Shown here piece after piece: positions 26,845-40,574 of a DNA stretch of 64,000 nucleotides. The notes beneath the pieces are model-generated. The model was not told where the DNA came from. It did no database searches and saw nothing but the letters and a program-made list of their open reading frames with translations. A program made the position numbers and the translations under genes. Origin of the DNA: Eledone cirrhosa (Eukaryota); NCBI GenBank assembly GCA_964016885.1, contig OZ024763.1, positions 11,470,001 through 11,534,000 of the forward strand, in the 5' to 3' direction. Each line of letters starts with the position of its first letter. Positions within the stretch are counted from its first letter, which is position 1.

Positions 26845-27892
26845 AGTGGAAAGTCTACTCGTGTCCGAGTCCGGCCACTACTTAGAACGAAAAATAAAGG
26901 ACAAATAGACAACTCCAAAACGTGTTATTGATGTTGCTGTTGTTGATGTCGCTTTAGATGGCTCACCAAACCAGAAAGTGACGTACATGTCATACCACAT
27001 AGTGTGGAGGTAAGTTTCCCACCTGTTTGTGTCAGGTTGTCCTGGCACACCTTGGGCTTCCGTGTTAAACCACTTGCAGAGTAAGAACTCTTGGTGTAGA
27101 TGTCACAGGCAAAAGCTAGGTGGAGGGGGTACTCAAATGTGTTATTTCCATGAGTACGACGTCTGTTATGACTTAATAGCCAGCTTTTGATATACATTCC
27201 TGTCCGCATACATTACAGGTAGAGTTTCTTTCGAACCCTGTTCTGGGAGAGGACTCACATCCCCCATATATTTAGCTGCTCACTTCACTTCAGAATAGGC
27301 CATCTGCTTCTGTTCAAATTCCTCAACACCAGTAACGAGATCTCGCCACTGAGCTCTATCGGTTGCGAGATTTCCCATGTTTCCGTGCTGATGTTAACTT
27401 TCTTTAAGGTATCTTTCAGGCAATCTTAGAAGCGCTTGTGTGGTTTTCACAATAAGTGTTTGCCTTACAACAATTCATCTTACGAAACTAGCTTGGGTAG
27501 CCTGCTATCATTTAGGCGTACCATATGACCTGTCCACTAGAGGCGCTGTTTCATGATCTTGATCTTAATGATTGGTATACAGGCCCGCTGCAGCACAACA
27601 GTGGCTAGTGTATGAGACTTACATGAGATCTTGAGGATGGAACGTTCGAGACGCCGGGTATGGCGACAGTATGCTGTGCGTGTCTCACATCTTTAGAGCA
27701 CGACTGTTAACACACTTCGACTTTCGTGCACACACTGAGACCTGACAGGGACCACAGGCGCTTCTCCAGCTTACTAACATCGGAAGTTTTAGACACCCGG
27801 CATCTTACCTCTTCATTAAGGGTGCTGGTGTTGGAGAGAGCACTACCCAGGTAGACGAACTTATCCACACCCTTCAATACATTTGTATTTTC
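26845..27892 (-). mobile_element. Decayed RTE(BovB-like) LINE 3' portion
   Basis: VDKFVYLGSALS..LNEEVRCRVSK; WTGHMVRLNDSRLPK-like region; terminal zinc-finger remnant. Confidence 0.85.
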
Positions 27893-28177
27893 AGACACAC
27901 AGACACACGCACACACACACACGCACGCGCGCGCGTGTGTGTGTGTGTATAGATATGTGCATAGATGTATAAAAATAAAATCAATATTCAAATGGAATTC
28001 AGAATAAAAAGCAATCGAATTCAACAAAAGCTGGCATGTGAATATGTAGTGGAAATCGAACCCAGTTTGTCTTTGTCGATAACATTTGGTGACCTGGTAA
28101 CGTCTGATGACCTGGCTATACTTTTACATAGATCCCTTGTATAGACATACAAAAGTATATATATATATATATATATA

Positions 28178-28356
28178 TATACAAATGAATATATGATAGG
28201 GATTATACTGATACAAGTATACACGTGTTTGCATTGCAAATGACCGTGCTGCAAATTTTAATTAGTATTTTTCAATCTAACTAACTTGGTCATTTGCAAT
28301 ACAAACGCATGTATTACTTGTATCAGTGTTTATCCCTATCATATATTCATTTGTAT
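28178..28356. repeat. Inverted-repeat (fold-back/MITE-like) element
   Basis: ATACAAATGAATATATGATAGGGAT..TTGCAAATGACC is mirrored by GGTCATTTGCAA..ATCCCTATCATATATTCATTTGTAT. Confidence 0.75.
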
Positions 28357-28439
28357 GACATGGCTCAGAAATATTCCTTTCTTTGAGCTATTTAATTGTA
28401 AAAGACTATTTGAGTTTATAACTCTCTCTCTCTCTCTCG

Positions 28440-28473
<34 letters not shown>

Positions 28474-28474
28474 A

Positions 28475-28519
<45 letters not shown>

Positions 28520-28587
28520 GTGTGAGTTTTTGATTATCATGCAAGGAGTATTTCTCAAGGAGCTCCTTCACAATTCTCAATATGTTC

Positions 28588-29000
28588 GGTGGATTGGCAG
28601 TATCGGTAGAGGGTCGGACACCATGCTAGGGTGGTGGATTGGCAGTATCGGTAGAGGGTCGGACACCATGCTAGGGTGGTGGATTGGCAGTATCGGTAGA
28701 GGGTCGGACACCATGCTAGGGTGGTGGATTGGCAGTGTCGGTAGAGGGTAGGACACCATGCTAGGGTGGTGGATTGGCAGTATCGGTAGAGGGTCGGACA
28801 CCATGCTAGGGTGGTGGATTGGCAGTATCGGTAGAGGGTCGGACACCATGCTTTGCAGAAAATAGTTACGGGCCTTTATGGTCTGAGTTCAAATCCCGCC
28901 GAGGTTAACTTTGCCTTTCATCCTTACAGGGTCGATAAAATAAAGTACCAGTAATACACTGGGATGATTGCTGGCCTTGTGCCAATAGTAGAAACAATTA
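28588..29000 (+). mobile_element. SINE family A with its 5' 45 bp amplified x6
   Basis: Units at 28591, 28636, 28681, 28726, 28771 and 28816, then a normal B-box, core and tail. Confidence 0.9.
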
Positions 29001-29004
29001 TGTT

Positions 29005-29290
29005 ATCTACCTCATGTAGACTGACTTGTTTTGTAGATGGGTTCCTATGTTTGGTGGTTTGTAGATGTTGTCGGGTGGGGGGGGGGGGGGGGGGAGGGAT
29101 GAGATGTGACACTGAAATGCTGTTTGGATTGATGTTAAGTTTCTGTCTCTCTGTTTATGTTTCAAGTAGAGGCGGTCTATGTCATTGTTGCTGTGGACAT
29201 TTCCGGTACTAGTAAGGATTTTTCGGATCTTAACATTGATGGGTCGGATTTTGTCTAGCACCCAGTCAAGTCGTTCATATGTCAGTGTTA
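29005..29290 (-). mobile_element. R4/Dong-clade non-LTR retrotransposon remnant
   Basis: INVKIRKILTSTGNVHSNNDIDRLYLK resembles D.KTRK.LT..G..HP..D.DRLY. Confidence 0.65.
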
Positions 29291-30202
29291 GCACAAGCAC
29301 AGCAACCACATTGTGGGCCACTGATTTATTGTGCGAAGAAAGTTCAGAAGACCGCGTGTGTATATGTGTATCTATGTATATGTATGTACATATAAGACCG
29401 CGTGTGTATATGTGTATCTATGTATATACATACATATATACATAGATACACACATGCATGTTCCTGTAACTCTTGTGGGGGGGGGTCGGGGTGTCATATA
29501 ACGTCGGGGCGCCATATAACGTCGGGGTGCCATATTGACATACAACGTTTCTTGGCCATTTTTAAACCCGGCAGATTTTTTCCAGAGAAGGATAGAGTGA
29601 GAAAATGGAAGTGAGAAAGAGATATAGATGAAGAATCGACTCCAGTACTTGACTGGTACTTTTTTATAGACCTCAAATAGCTGAAAGACAAAGTTCACTT
29701 CGGCGAGATTTGACCTCAGAGAGTAGAGAGCAGAAATGAATACCGACATACATACAGAGCCAGTTGTCAAGCAGGGTAACATGCCTGCACCCACTCTCTT
29801 CTCCATCTACATGATTTGGCCAGAGATGAATATTTCCAGATACCTTTTAGGTGTGACTTTCTGTATTTATTCTTTGTATGAAATATCTTGTCTCTGTTTT
29901 TAGCCTAAGAAAATACCTATATGCGTGTATAAATAATACACGCATATATTTATTTTTTTAATATCCAATTGAGTTCTTCACGCCTGGTTAAAATTATTGA
30001 AAGAATTAATTGACCTGCGTGCATATTATTTTATTCTTTTATGTTTTGCGATTACCTCCCCTTTCCGCTTGATGGCAGTGTGAGATTTCTCATTGTGAGA
30101 CTGCTCGAATTTCAAATTTGGCGGTCATTCTAGCACGGAGGGGTACCATCGCTGAATATTAATATCGGTAAGGTTTTTTTTTATATCGATATTTGTCGGG
30201 CA

Positions 30203-30324
30203 TCCACTGATGATTTATAAGTGCCCACCTACATATATTCCTACGGACTATGTGTAGGCTTCTACATAACCTGGACATTATTTTCCCAATTTGTAGAAAA
30301 CTTATAATGAAACGATCGTTTGGA
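30203..30324 (+). ncRNA. Hammerhead ribozyme motif with long stem-II insert
   Basis: TCCA-CTGATGA(30207)-TTTATAAG...CTTATAAT-GAAA(30309)-CGATCG-TT-TGGA. Confidence 0.6.
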
Positions 30325-30748
30325 AAGAGAGATGTATTTTAATTATGTCTCATATAAAATAATACAACTGGCTATCCGCAAAATACGTATAGTTAGCACC
30401 CCAAACGTATAATTGGGATTATACTAAGGTATATCCTAATGTTTGTTGAGTGAGACGGAAGCCGGTCGGAGTATTGCTTAAAGCTTTCTCTGTTAATGTA
30501 TTAAATATATATATATATATATACTGTATATATAGTTCAAGGAAACAGAGATACAATAAGTCTTATTAGTTTCACGCTTTATATGGAAAAGGGGAAAGAA
30601 TGTTCAACGTGTCTGGCTTTAGTCCTTCTTCGGTAGTACAAAATAGAAACAGGATCAATATTTGTGTGTGTGTATGTATGTATATATATGTGTGTGTGTA
30701 TGTATATATATATGTGTGTGGGCGTGTGTGTGTATATATATATATATA

Positions 30749-30781
<33 letters not shown>

Positions 30782-31266
30782 CTGCGTGTGTGTGCTTGTG
30801 TGTATATATGTGTGTATGTGTATATATATATGTATATATGTGTGTATGTGTATGTGTATATATATATGTATATATGTGTGTATGTGTGTGCGTATATATA
30901 TATATACATGTGTGTGTGTGTGTGTATTGTCCCAGAACAACAGCTGAGATTCTTGTACCTAAAACTATTGTTTAAGCACACACATACATACACACAAAAC
31001 CACACACACACACACATACATACATACACACATAAGCACACACATATACACGCATACACACAGACATAGACACACACACACAAACATTCACACAGGCATA
31101 TATGTATATATATACACAAAGCTGCCACCCCCCACACAGACACCCCCACAGAGCCCCCCCCCCCCCCACACACACAGCCACCCCCACACAGCCACCACCT
31201 ATACATACACACTTACGTCAACCAAAGGAACAGCTTGGAAGATCTAATCACACTTTATCTTAGCAG

Positions 31267-31677
31267 ATGGTGGTGGTGGTGTGATGGTGGTGATGGTGGA
31301 GGTGTATGGTAGTGGTGTGATGGTGGTGGTGTATGGTGGTGGTGGTGTGGTGGTGGTGGTGTGATGGTGGTGGTGTATGGTGGTGGTGTGATGGTGGTGG
31401 TTTTGTGGTGGTGGTGGTGTGTGGTGTATAGTGGTGGTGGTGGTGTGATGTTTGTGGTGGTGGTGTGTGGTGTATAGTGGTGGTGTGTGGTGTATAGTGG
31501 TGGTGGTGTGATGGTGGTGGTGGTGGTGTGGTGGTGGTATGTGGTGTATAGTGGTGGTGGTGTGATGGTGGTGGTGGTGTGTGGTGGTGTGATGGTGGTG
31601 TGGTGGTGGTGGTGGTGGTGTGGTGGTGGTATGTGGTGTATAGTGGTGGTGGTTGTGGTTGTGGTGGTGGTGTGGTG
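31267..31677. repeat. (GGT)n-rich repeat
   Basis: Directly visible. Confidence 0.92.
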
Positions 31678-31748
31678 CACAAAGGGACAATCTACACGGA
31701 TTATAGATATGAATCGATTCTAAGCAAATGTACGCACATTCACACATC

Positions 31749-31797
<49 letters not shown>

Positions 31798-34461
31798 CTT
31801 TCTCTCTCTCTCTCTCTCTCTCTCTCTGACCCAAACTCTTAACAATAAACATATAAGTCTTCTAGAATTGTTTGACGTCATCGTTGCTGTCCTTCTGTGT
31901 CGTCTGCTTGTTTGATCGCCTGTTGTATACGGAACAGCTTTATTCTATTCTATTACGGACAACTCTTCACTTTCCCTATATCAACTGAGAAGGATTTTAC
32001 AGCTCACACTTATATGTATGACTAGCTGGCCTTCTACGAGGTTGAACTTCACATGAGAAGCTTTCTCGAGTACTTTAAAGACAGGGGTCCCAGTCCTATA
32101 AAAGAAAAGCAACATAACACGTCGACCAGTCGTGAAATCGAACCCACAGCTCTATGAACGTGAGTCCAACATCACACTAACCACTAGGCCACTTTTATAT
32201 GTCTGCCTATGCATTTATGAATATATTATGATATACAAACATTTTGCTTTTTTACTGTAAATTTTCTGTTACTCTCAATACATGAAACTACACTTCCTTT
32301 TTACCGAGAGCTTCCACACGTATCATTTGAGCCTTATTGAGTCCTACCCCAAGCTGTTTTGATCTGATTTTACTATACCTCGATTTATGCCGTTCCAGTC
32401 CTTCCCTGCTTTCGTTTTTCGGAAAACACTTTTATTCAGACTTTTATTCACGGATCGACTCCGATGCTTAAAATAACTTTGCTGATTATTACCTCAAATA
32501 GTATATTTTTCTTCCAACCAGTGGGGAGCCGAGGGCTTCTTGTGTAACAGTCTTCAATTCCTCCACAAAATATGGAGAGCTGTACTGTGTATTAAACAGA
32601 GCATGCCTTCCTTTCTTCAACATCTGGAACGCTGTACTTAATACTAAAGAAAGCTACATCTTTCGTTATTCTACATCTGGAAATTTGTACTGATTACTAT
32701 TTGAATGAGGCAAGAATTCATTCCTTCTAAATCTTTCGTTCACTGCCAATCAAAGTTTCCACTTTCTTCGAGTCTTTTTAACTACAGTATCACCATTTTC
32801 GGAATACCAAACCGCAAAAGTCGTGGTTCTTCTTCTTTAAGAATTTTTTGTATATTACACAATACAAACCTGCCCTGGACACGTTGTTACCAGTTTAGTC
32901 TTGGTCCTCCGCCAGATTTAGTCAAGATAAACAAGGCCCAGTGTGTCAAGCCTCAGAAGCCTCTGAATATAAGTAAAAGAGATATATGTTTACAAAACTG
33001 TGAGAGATTTTTAGTGTAATGTCTCCAGGTTTTATACAGCTGATGGTGTCACCAAGTTTAAATCAATCACTGGATTTTATATTCAACAATACAAATCATA
33101 TCTGGATACGTTAGCCACAGTCTTAACTTAGCCAAGCTCTATCTTCACTGACAAACGAAGATTCTTCTTTCTTCTTCACGCTAATTCTACGTGACCCCCA
33201 TCTTCGAAATATCTTGATAATTACCCAACTAAACTAGTCACAGATCTTTTTTAAGGAAATTTTTATATTTCACAACACAAACCACATTCGGACAGATTAT
33301 TTCACAACCAGTACAGTCTTGATATGTCTTCATTGGTTCAACTAACACAAGATCTATTAACTACGGAATATAATTCTTTAAACTTCTAAACAACAACATA
33401 AGCCAGGATATCTCTCTTCATATACCATACGGAACTCAGCCCTTCTTCAAAAGATTTTCAAACCACTCATTGTCTTCATCTGATCTTTATTTCTCTCTCT
33501 CTCTCTCTCTCTGCTCCAAATCAAAACTTTTACCTTATCTTCCATGATATTTCGAGGTTAGGACACCTTTTTTTTCAAATGAAATGAAATAACGACAATA
33601 ACAACAGCAGCAGCAACAACAATAACAACAACAACAACAGCAGCAACAACAACAATAACAACAGCAACAGCAGCTGCAACAACAGCAACAACAACAGCAA
33701 TAACAACAACAATAACAACAACAACAACAACAACAATGTGTATGTTACAGCATTTCTTTAAAAATCTCTGGGACCGAACATGTTTCACATTTAAGAGACA
33801 CAAACAAAATAAACACAATAAACGCCACAAACAGCCATTTATTTTTGGACCTTTATGTACATTCATTTCCTCGCTAAAAATCTTTTCGCGGCATTAACCC
33901 TTTTGATACAAAACGTCCCCGAAACTACACTGGATTCTAAGAAAAATATTTCTATTTATATACAACCCTTTCATCATAATTTTATGTAATAACCTCTGTC
34001 GTGTTATGTTCCAAAATCTTTCAAATTCTTGACTATTTTCAAAATGATTTGAAAGCCTTAGACTGTTCTTGTCATCAGAAATGTGGTAACGAAAGGGTTA
34101 ATAGTTATCTAATAAAACTGTCATCTCAATTTTATGTAAGAACCTTTGTTAAGTTTGGTTCCAAACACCAGCCTAACAATGAGAAAATTATATTTCTAAA
34201 TCCCTCCAAAATTTATATTATTTTAAAAATGATTTGGGAATCATAAACAGTGTCTTTTATTGAAAATATGTTAATGAAAGGGTTAATAAAGCTGTATCGG
34301 TCATTGCCTTTCCCTTGGACAACATCGGTGGCGTGAAGAGGAGAGACTGATATGTAGGGGCGACTACTGGTCTTCCACAAAACAAACCTTGCTCAGGCTT
34401 TAGTTGCAAAAGCATGGTCATTCCAGACCGAGTGGGGCCTTAAAGAATAAAGAACATTTTC

Positions 34462-34498
<37 letters not shown>

Positions 34499-34652
34499 AA
34501 CGAGTAGGACCCCGACGGCTGAGCTCAAGCCGTTTGGACGGCTAATTCTGGACTTCGACGGCTAATTCGTTCCTATTACCCACTCTACTACCCTAAGTAT
34601 TGAGTATTTTGGTGCGTTATGGTCCACCTGGTTCCTTACCACATTTCCTTAG

Positions 34653-34694
<42 letters not shown>

Positions 34695-35150
34695 CAATAT
34701 TTTGTATATAAACATTGGAGCGTAGAGTGAGTTGAACTGTTTAGAAATGTAGAAAATCGGGTAAAATACCCCTATAGACGGAAAAACTAGACATAGGGTT
34801 ATTTTACATGGTTTTCTAAGCTAAGGGTTCACAGCTATTTTCCTGCTTTCGAGATTTTCTACACACACTCACACTCACACACACACACACACAGTGTATA
34901 AAACATCTTGAGGTAGTGTGGTTTCGCAAATGTATTAGTATATATCTATAAAAGGAAGAAGTGGGCACTATTTTGTTCAATGAGAACTAAAATATATTTC
35001 AGCATCAGAGCAAACTTATACAGGTGTATGTATGTAAGTATGCGGGCGTGTATGTATGTATATATGTATGTAAGTGTGAGTATGTATATGTGTGTATGTA
35101 TATATGTACGTATGTATGAATGTAAGTAAGTATGTGTGTATATATATATG

Positions 35151-35530
35151 TTAATTCAAAATATTAATAAATATAGACATTCATGTAATCAAATATATTT
35201 TATTATATATATTTCGGAAGTACTGTGCTGTTTCCTCAGTACGTCCTCATCAGATAAAATATATAAATTGATGTATGACATACCTCAACTGTGCTGATGG
35301 TTCAATTCCAGTCTTGGTAGTATGTCATACATCAATTTATATATTTTATCTGATGAGGACGTACTGAAAAAACAGCACAGTACCTCCGAAATATATATAA
35401 TAAAATATATTTGATTACATGAATGTCTATATTTATTAATATTTTAAATTAATAATAACTCCAGAAAACTTTACCGTTGAGTGCTTCTAATCTATTGTAA
35501 AACTATATTCATTGATTAATCAATGAACCT
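35151..35530. mobile_element. Fold-back PLE-like element with canonical hammerheads on both strands
   Basis: Arms 35151-35283 and ~35320-35452; + strand CTGATGA 35350 and GAAA 35388; mirror copy 35212-35253. Confidence 0.85.
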
Positions 35531-35545
35531 TGTTTAACTTTTGGT

Positions 35546-35585
<40 letters not shown>

Positions 35586-35774
35586 TTTATATGTATATAT
35601 ATATGTATATATAAGCAAAAGGGATATTTAGTTTGTTGGTAATTCAACAAATATAAATGTTTATAACTGATTCAAAGCACTCAATATATATTATTTAAGT
35701 GTATCACCTATGACAAATGTTTCGTTGGCGCTTCTGCTGGTAGGAGGCTGTCCCTTGTCATACGTAATTATATA

Positions 35775-35826
<52 letters not shown>

Positions 35827-36178
35827 TATACACATACGTGGGTGTGTTGCCTTTTCTTTCAGGTTAAGAGAGATAAATGTCATTTAATACTTAAGATGTT
35901 TCGTTCTTTATTTCTTTACTGTTAATGTTTTTATTTTATTTTAAAGCTTGTGTGCACGCACACACACACACGCGCACACGCACACGCACACACACACGGG
36001 TTTTGTATTTGTTTTGTAAATTTACCTGAAAACGTGTGTTGAAACAGATATTGTTATACTTTGGGAGGGTCATGTTGCCAATAAAAAAACACGCACCTGT
36101 TGGTTTTCACCTCAATTTATTATAAACTTCTAGTTGGTTAGTTTAATGACCGGATGGTTACACACACACACACACACA

Positions 36179-36244
<66 letters not shown>

Positions 36245-36314
36245 CTCTACTACCCTAAGTATTGAGTACTCTGGTGCGTTATGGTCCACCTGGTTCCTTA
36301 CCATAACTCCTTCG

Positions 36315-36367
<53 letters not shown>

Positions 36368-36650
36368 CCTGCCCGCCCAGCCAGTGGGATGGCGTCATCG
36401 TATGGCTAAAACAGCACGTGCTGTGACCAGCGGCGCCGAATGGACGCCCGATAGACTGGTCGGTCAAGGTGATATATATATATGAGAGAGTGTGTGTGTG
36501 TGAGACTGACAGACGTCTTTGATATCGACCCCCTCTACTTATTTTATTTTTCAAGTCTGGTACACATGTTATCGATCTCTTTTTGATCGAAATCTTGTTA
36601 CGGGAGATAAACACCGACACACACACATACATACACACAGTCACACATAC

Positions 36651-36694
<44 letters not shown>

Positions 36695-36984
36695 GTAATC
36701 ACATGAGTGTGATTTCAGATTGCGAAATAATGAAGCCTCGATGTGTACATTTAGAAGTAGTTTATATATTTTGAAACCTGATATTAGCACCACATTCAAT
36801 ATTCTGTTACTTTCATAGATATTGTTGACAAAGACACGTATTCTCCCTTACCACAAGTTGTGTCTTGTTATGGAACATGATGATTATCCCTGGTGCACAT
36901 ACAACCTTTAATAGTGGAGAATACGTGGTTTAGACAACAACAACTATGAAACTGATAGTTTATTGAAAATATGTCTTATTTCAA

Positions 36985-37157
36985 ATAATTGTTTCTACTA
37001 TTGGCACAAGGCCAGCAATTACCCAGTACATTACTGGTACTTTATTTTATCGACCCCGTAAGGATGAAAGGCAAAGTTAACCTTGGCGGGATTTGAACTC
37101 CGAATGGCAAGGGCCGTAACTCTATGCGTCAAAGCATGGCGTCCAATCCTCCGCCCT
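36985..37157 (-). mobile_element. SINE family A copy
   Basis: Reverse complement of family A. Confidence 0.85.
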
Positions 37158-37339
37158 TATTTCAAATAATGAAAGGAAGGGAGTAGAGGGGAAAGGAAGG
37201 AAAAGAAAGAAATTAAGCAACGAAAGAAAGGGAAAGTGAGGACGAAGGGACAGTCTGCATACCCAAGCTCCAGTTCCCCGCAGACAAAATGACGTAGGGT
37301 TTACTGAATGTACCGCTAACATGTAACCTTATTATGTAA

Positions 37340-37423
37340 GAAGCTGTCTGATGAGATCACGGCACTGTATTTAATACGGAATTACGTGGCCTCTGCTGTC
37401 ATCGAAATATATATAATTGCCTT
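37340..37423 (+). ncRNA. Hammerhead ribozyme motif
   Basis: CTGATGA(37348)-GATCACGGCA...TGCTGTCATC-GAAA(37404)-TATATA-TA; stem I degenerate. Confidence 0.55.
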
Positions 37424-37659
37424 TCAATAAAGGAGTTTTAACATCTAAACTATTCTGTATTTCATTATTATATGTATGCAAAAGGTAAACGGAAACAACA
37501 AATTAAACAACACTGTAAGAAAAATATTAGTTTAACGCTTAAAATATTAGGAATATAGTCTTTACATTTCAGACACTAGTCCTTCATCAGAAGACAGTGT
37601 GAATTAAAAGATGAAATAGATAGTGTGAGAAGAGGAAGAACGGAAAAAGTTAACCATTT

Positions 37660-37721
<62 letters not shown>

Positions 37722-37973
37722 TGGCGAATGGTAACCTGGAAAGCAGGGCATGCAGTCCAATCGCCATGGCGGAAAGTGGGGCTGTGCAGCCTCCCCCCTC
37801 CCCCAATTCCCTCTAAATGACCCTCCCGGTCAAAGCCGCATGTAGTGTTATCTTGTGTATGTGTGTGTGTGTTATCTTTTTATGTGTCTACGATTTAGTA
37901 AGCAGCCAAAATTCTGCTTGCTTCAACCGACGCAATTGATCAACTCAAAATTCTATAACGCATGCACTGCGCC

Positions 37974-38029
<56 letters not shown>

Positions 38030-38328
38030 TTGTGTAGGCATGTGGGTATGTGTATTAACATATGTGAGTGTGGGGTTGTGTGTGTGTATATATATATGTG
38101 TGTGTGTGTGTAGGCATGTGGGTATAATTGTAGAAGCGTTATTACAGTTTGTCTCTATAGAAACATTTCAGGGCCTCCGTATTCCTCGTCTTTTAATTCT
38201 TTAATTCTTTTCAGTTTTACTGAATATAAAGAGTCTCTCTCTCTCTCTCTCTCTCTCGCTCTCTCGCTCTCTGTCTCTCTCTCTCTGTCTCTGTCTCTGT
38301 CTCCCTCCCTCTCTCTCTCTCTCCCTCT

Positions 38329-38379
<51 letters not shown>

Positions 38380-38634
38380 TCGCTCTCTCACACACACACA
38401 CCTTTCCATTCACCCTCATATAGGCCAATGCTACACACGCGCACGTTCACACGCACCCTCATACATACACAAACATATACAAACACTATTCCATTCTTCC
38501 CCGCATTACGTCAATGGTACGCACTCATACTCACTCACACACATACGCACTCATACGCACTCACACGCACTCACACACATACACACTCACACATATACGC
38601 ACTCACACACATTACGCACTCACACACACATACA

Positions 38635-39725
38635 TGAGGATTGCATCGTCTTCACAGACAAGTGCCGTCTCTTATTGATTCTACATTGTCCTCCCATCCG
38701 TGACCCATGACTTCGTAGATGACTTTGTAGGCCAGCTGTAGATCTACATGGTTTACGACACAGGTGACAGAAGAGGGCTGTGCTTTCCACAGGACCGGTG
38801 GTGTCACCCTGTGGGACACAAACTTTATGTACCACCATGTGGTTTTTTTTTAGTCCGGAACTAGTTCTACCCACTTTGTTGCATATCACACGCGATGTTT
38901 CACCAGGTCTTTGTTGAGAGGTGTTGTGGGTGGTTATCCTTTCATGTGACTTCAGGTGATTAACATAACCAGCCTTTGAGGGAAGTACACGCTGACAGAA
39001 CTTGCATGTCCAACTACTGACGACTTCATCAAGGCTGTGGCCACAGCCCTTCCGGAGCTGATGCTTCAGTTATTTATGTTCCAGACGACATTCCTTAAAA
39101 GTTTTGCAACTGCCGTTTATGCGCTTTCTCCACTCAGCCCTAATTAGAGCTATCTCCTCCCAGTTATCTATCTCAAATGTCAGCTCTTTGAGGTTGTTTT
39201 CCAAGATGGAGCTCATCGTAAAACAGTTTCTTCGGGATCCTGCTTTCTTTCACGCGGACGATATGTCCTGTCCAGTGCATTTCAGATGATGTTACTTGGG
39301 ATTCAACGCTTGGACATTCTGCTTTGATAAGAACATGGATGTCAGGAGTTCTGTCTTGCCACTTGATGTTGAATATGTGCCTTAAACATTACTGCTAAAA
39401 ATGGCCAAGTTGGTGTGTTTGTGGAATATCCTCCAGGTTTTGGCAGAGTATAAAATAGCAGGCAGAACGCCTGATCTATACGCACACACCTTGGTATTGT
39501 TGGTCATGTTGTGATTTGACCAAACTCTCTTTTTCAAATTTCCGAAGGCAACAGAGGCCTTCTGGATGCGCAGATGTATTTCAGCATCCAAGGAGCCATC
39601 ATTTGAGAGTGTACTACCCAAATAGACAAATTTATCTACTACTCCCAGCCTGGTTCCATCAACCATGATATTGGGTTCAGTATATGGTTCTCCAGGAGCA
39701 GGGGTAAACATTACTTTGGACTTTT
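38635..39725 (-). mobile_element. Decayed RTE(BovB-like) LINE 3' portion
   Basis: VVDKFVYLGSTLSNDGSLDAEIHLRIQKASVAFGNL; VLPAILYSAKTW; terminal CHLCRKPCRSTAGLQSH. Confidence 0.9.
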
Positions 39726-40574
39726 TAATGATGGCTGCTAATTAATTCTATCGTGCAATGCCTGTGCGTGAAGATTTTTTTTAAAGTGAGGAAAGACTGT
39801 GCACTGAGCCAATCCCACTCTCTGAGAGACAGTAGCTATAACCTGAAAAGAAGAAAAGATCAACATCATCGGTAACTACTGAGCCGCAGGTTTTATATCG
39901 GAGTTATCCCAGTTTGCTGAGTTGCCTTCTCCTAGAAGAATGCCCTGACAAAGGCTAGGGGTCCTTCACTCCCAGTGGTTTAACCGCGCAGTACATGTGT
40001 ATATACATATTTACACACTTTTGGATGGCCGTTGACTCTTATGAGTTCTTCCGCCCTTTCTCATGTTTTGTTTTTGGTCCTGCAGGGTGTCCAAAATCAC
40101 CCTCCTCACCAAGTAAACTTGGTGGGGTTGCCGGTTTAGTCGCCGATGACCCGGCCATGCGACAGGTTGTACTGGGTTACATGTTACCAGTAGCATTCGA
40201 GAGTGACCCGACATATCGAGTACATACATACATACATGTATACAAAAATCTATGTATCTACGTACACGCCTACAGTCATACAGAAGTACACCTGTGTGTG
40301 TGTGTGTGTGTGTGCTAGCGCCATCTGTTTTATAAGATTACAATCATTTCTTTTATTGCAAGACAAATACGAGAAAAATCGTTAATAGACCAAGGGAGAC
40401 TACTCTTGTCAACTTAAGTATTTTCCTATAAAACATGGAATTTCCTACATATGATTGAAGATATGGAAAAGAGAATAGGGAATTGATAATTGAAAGTTCT
40501 GTTCGATGACTGCCAGTAAAAAAGCTGTTGTAGTAGTATGAGACTTCCTCCGAAACATCTTTGCGTTCAACGGT

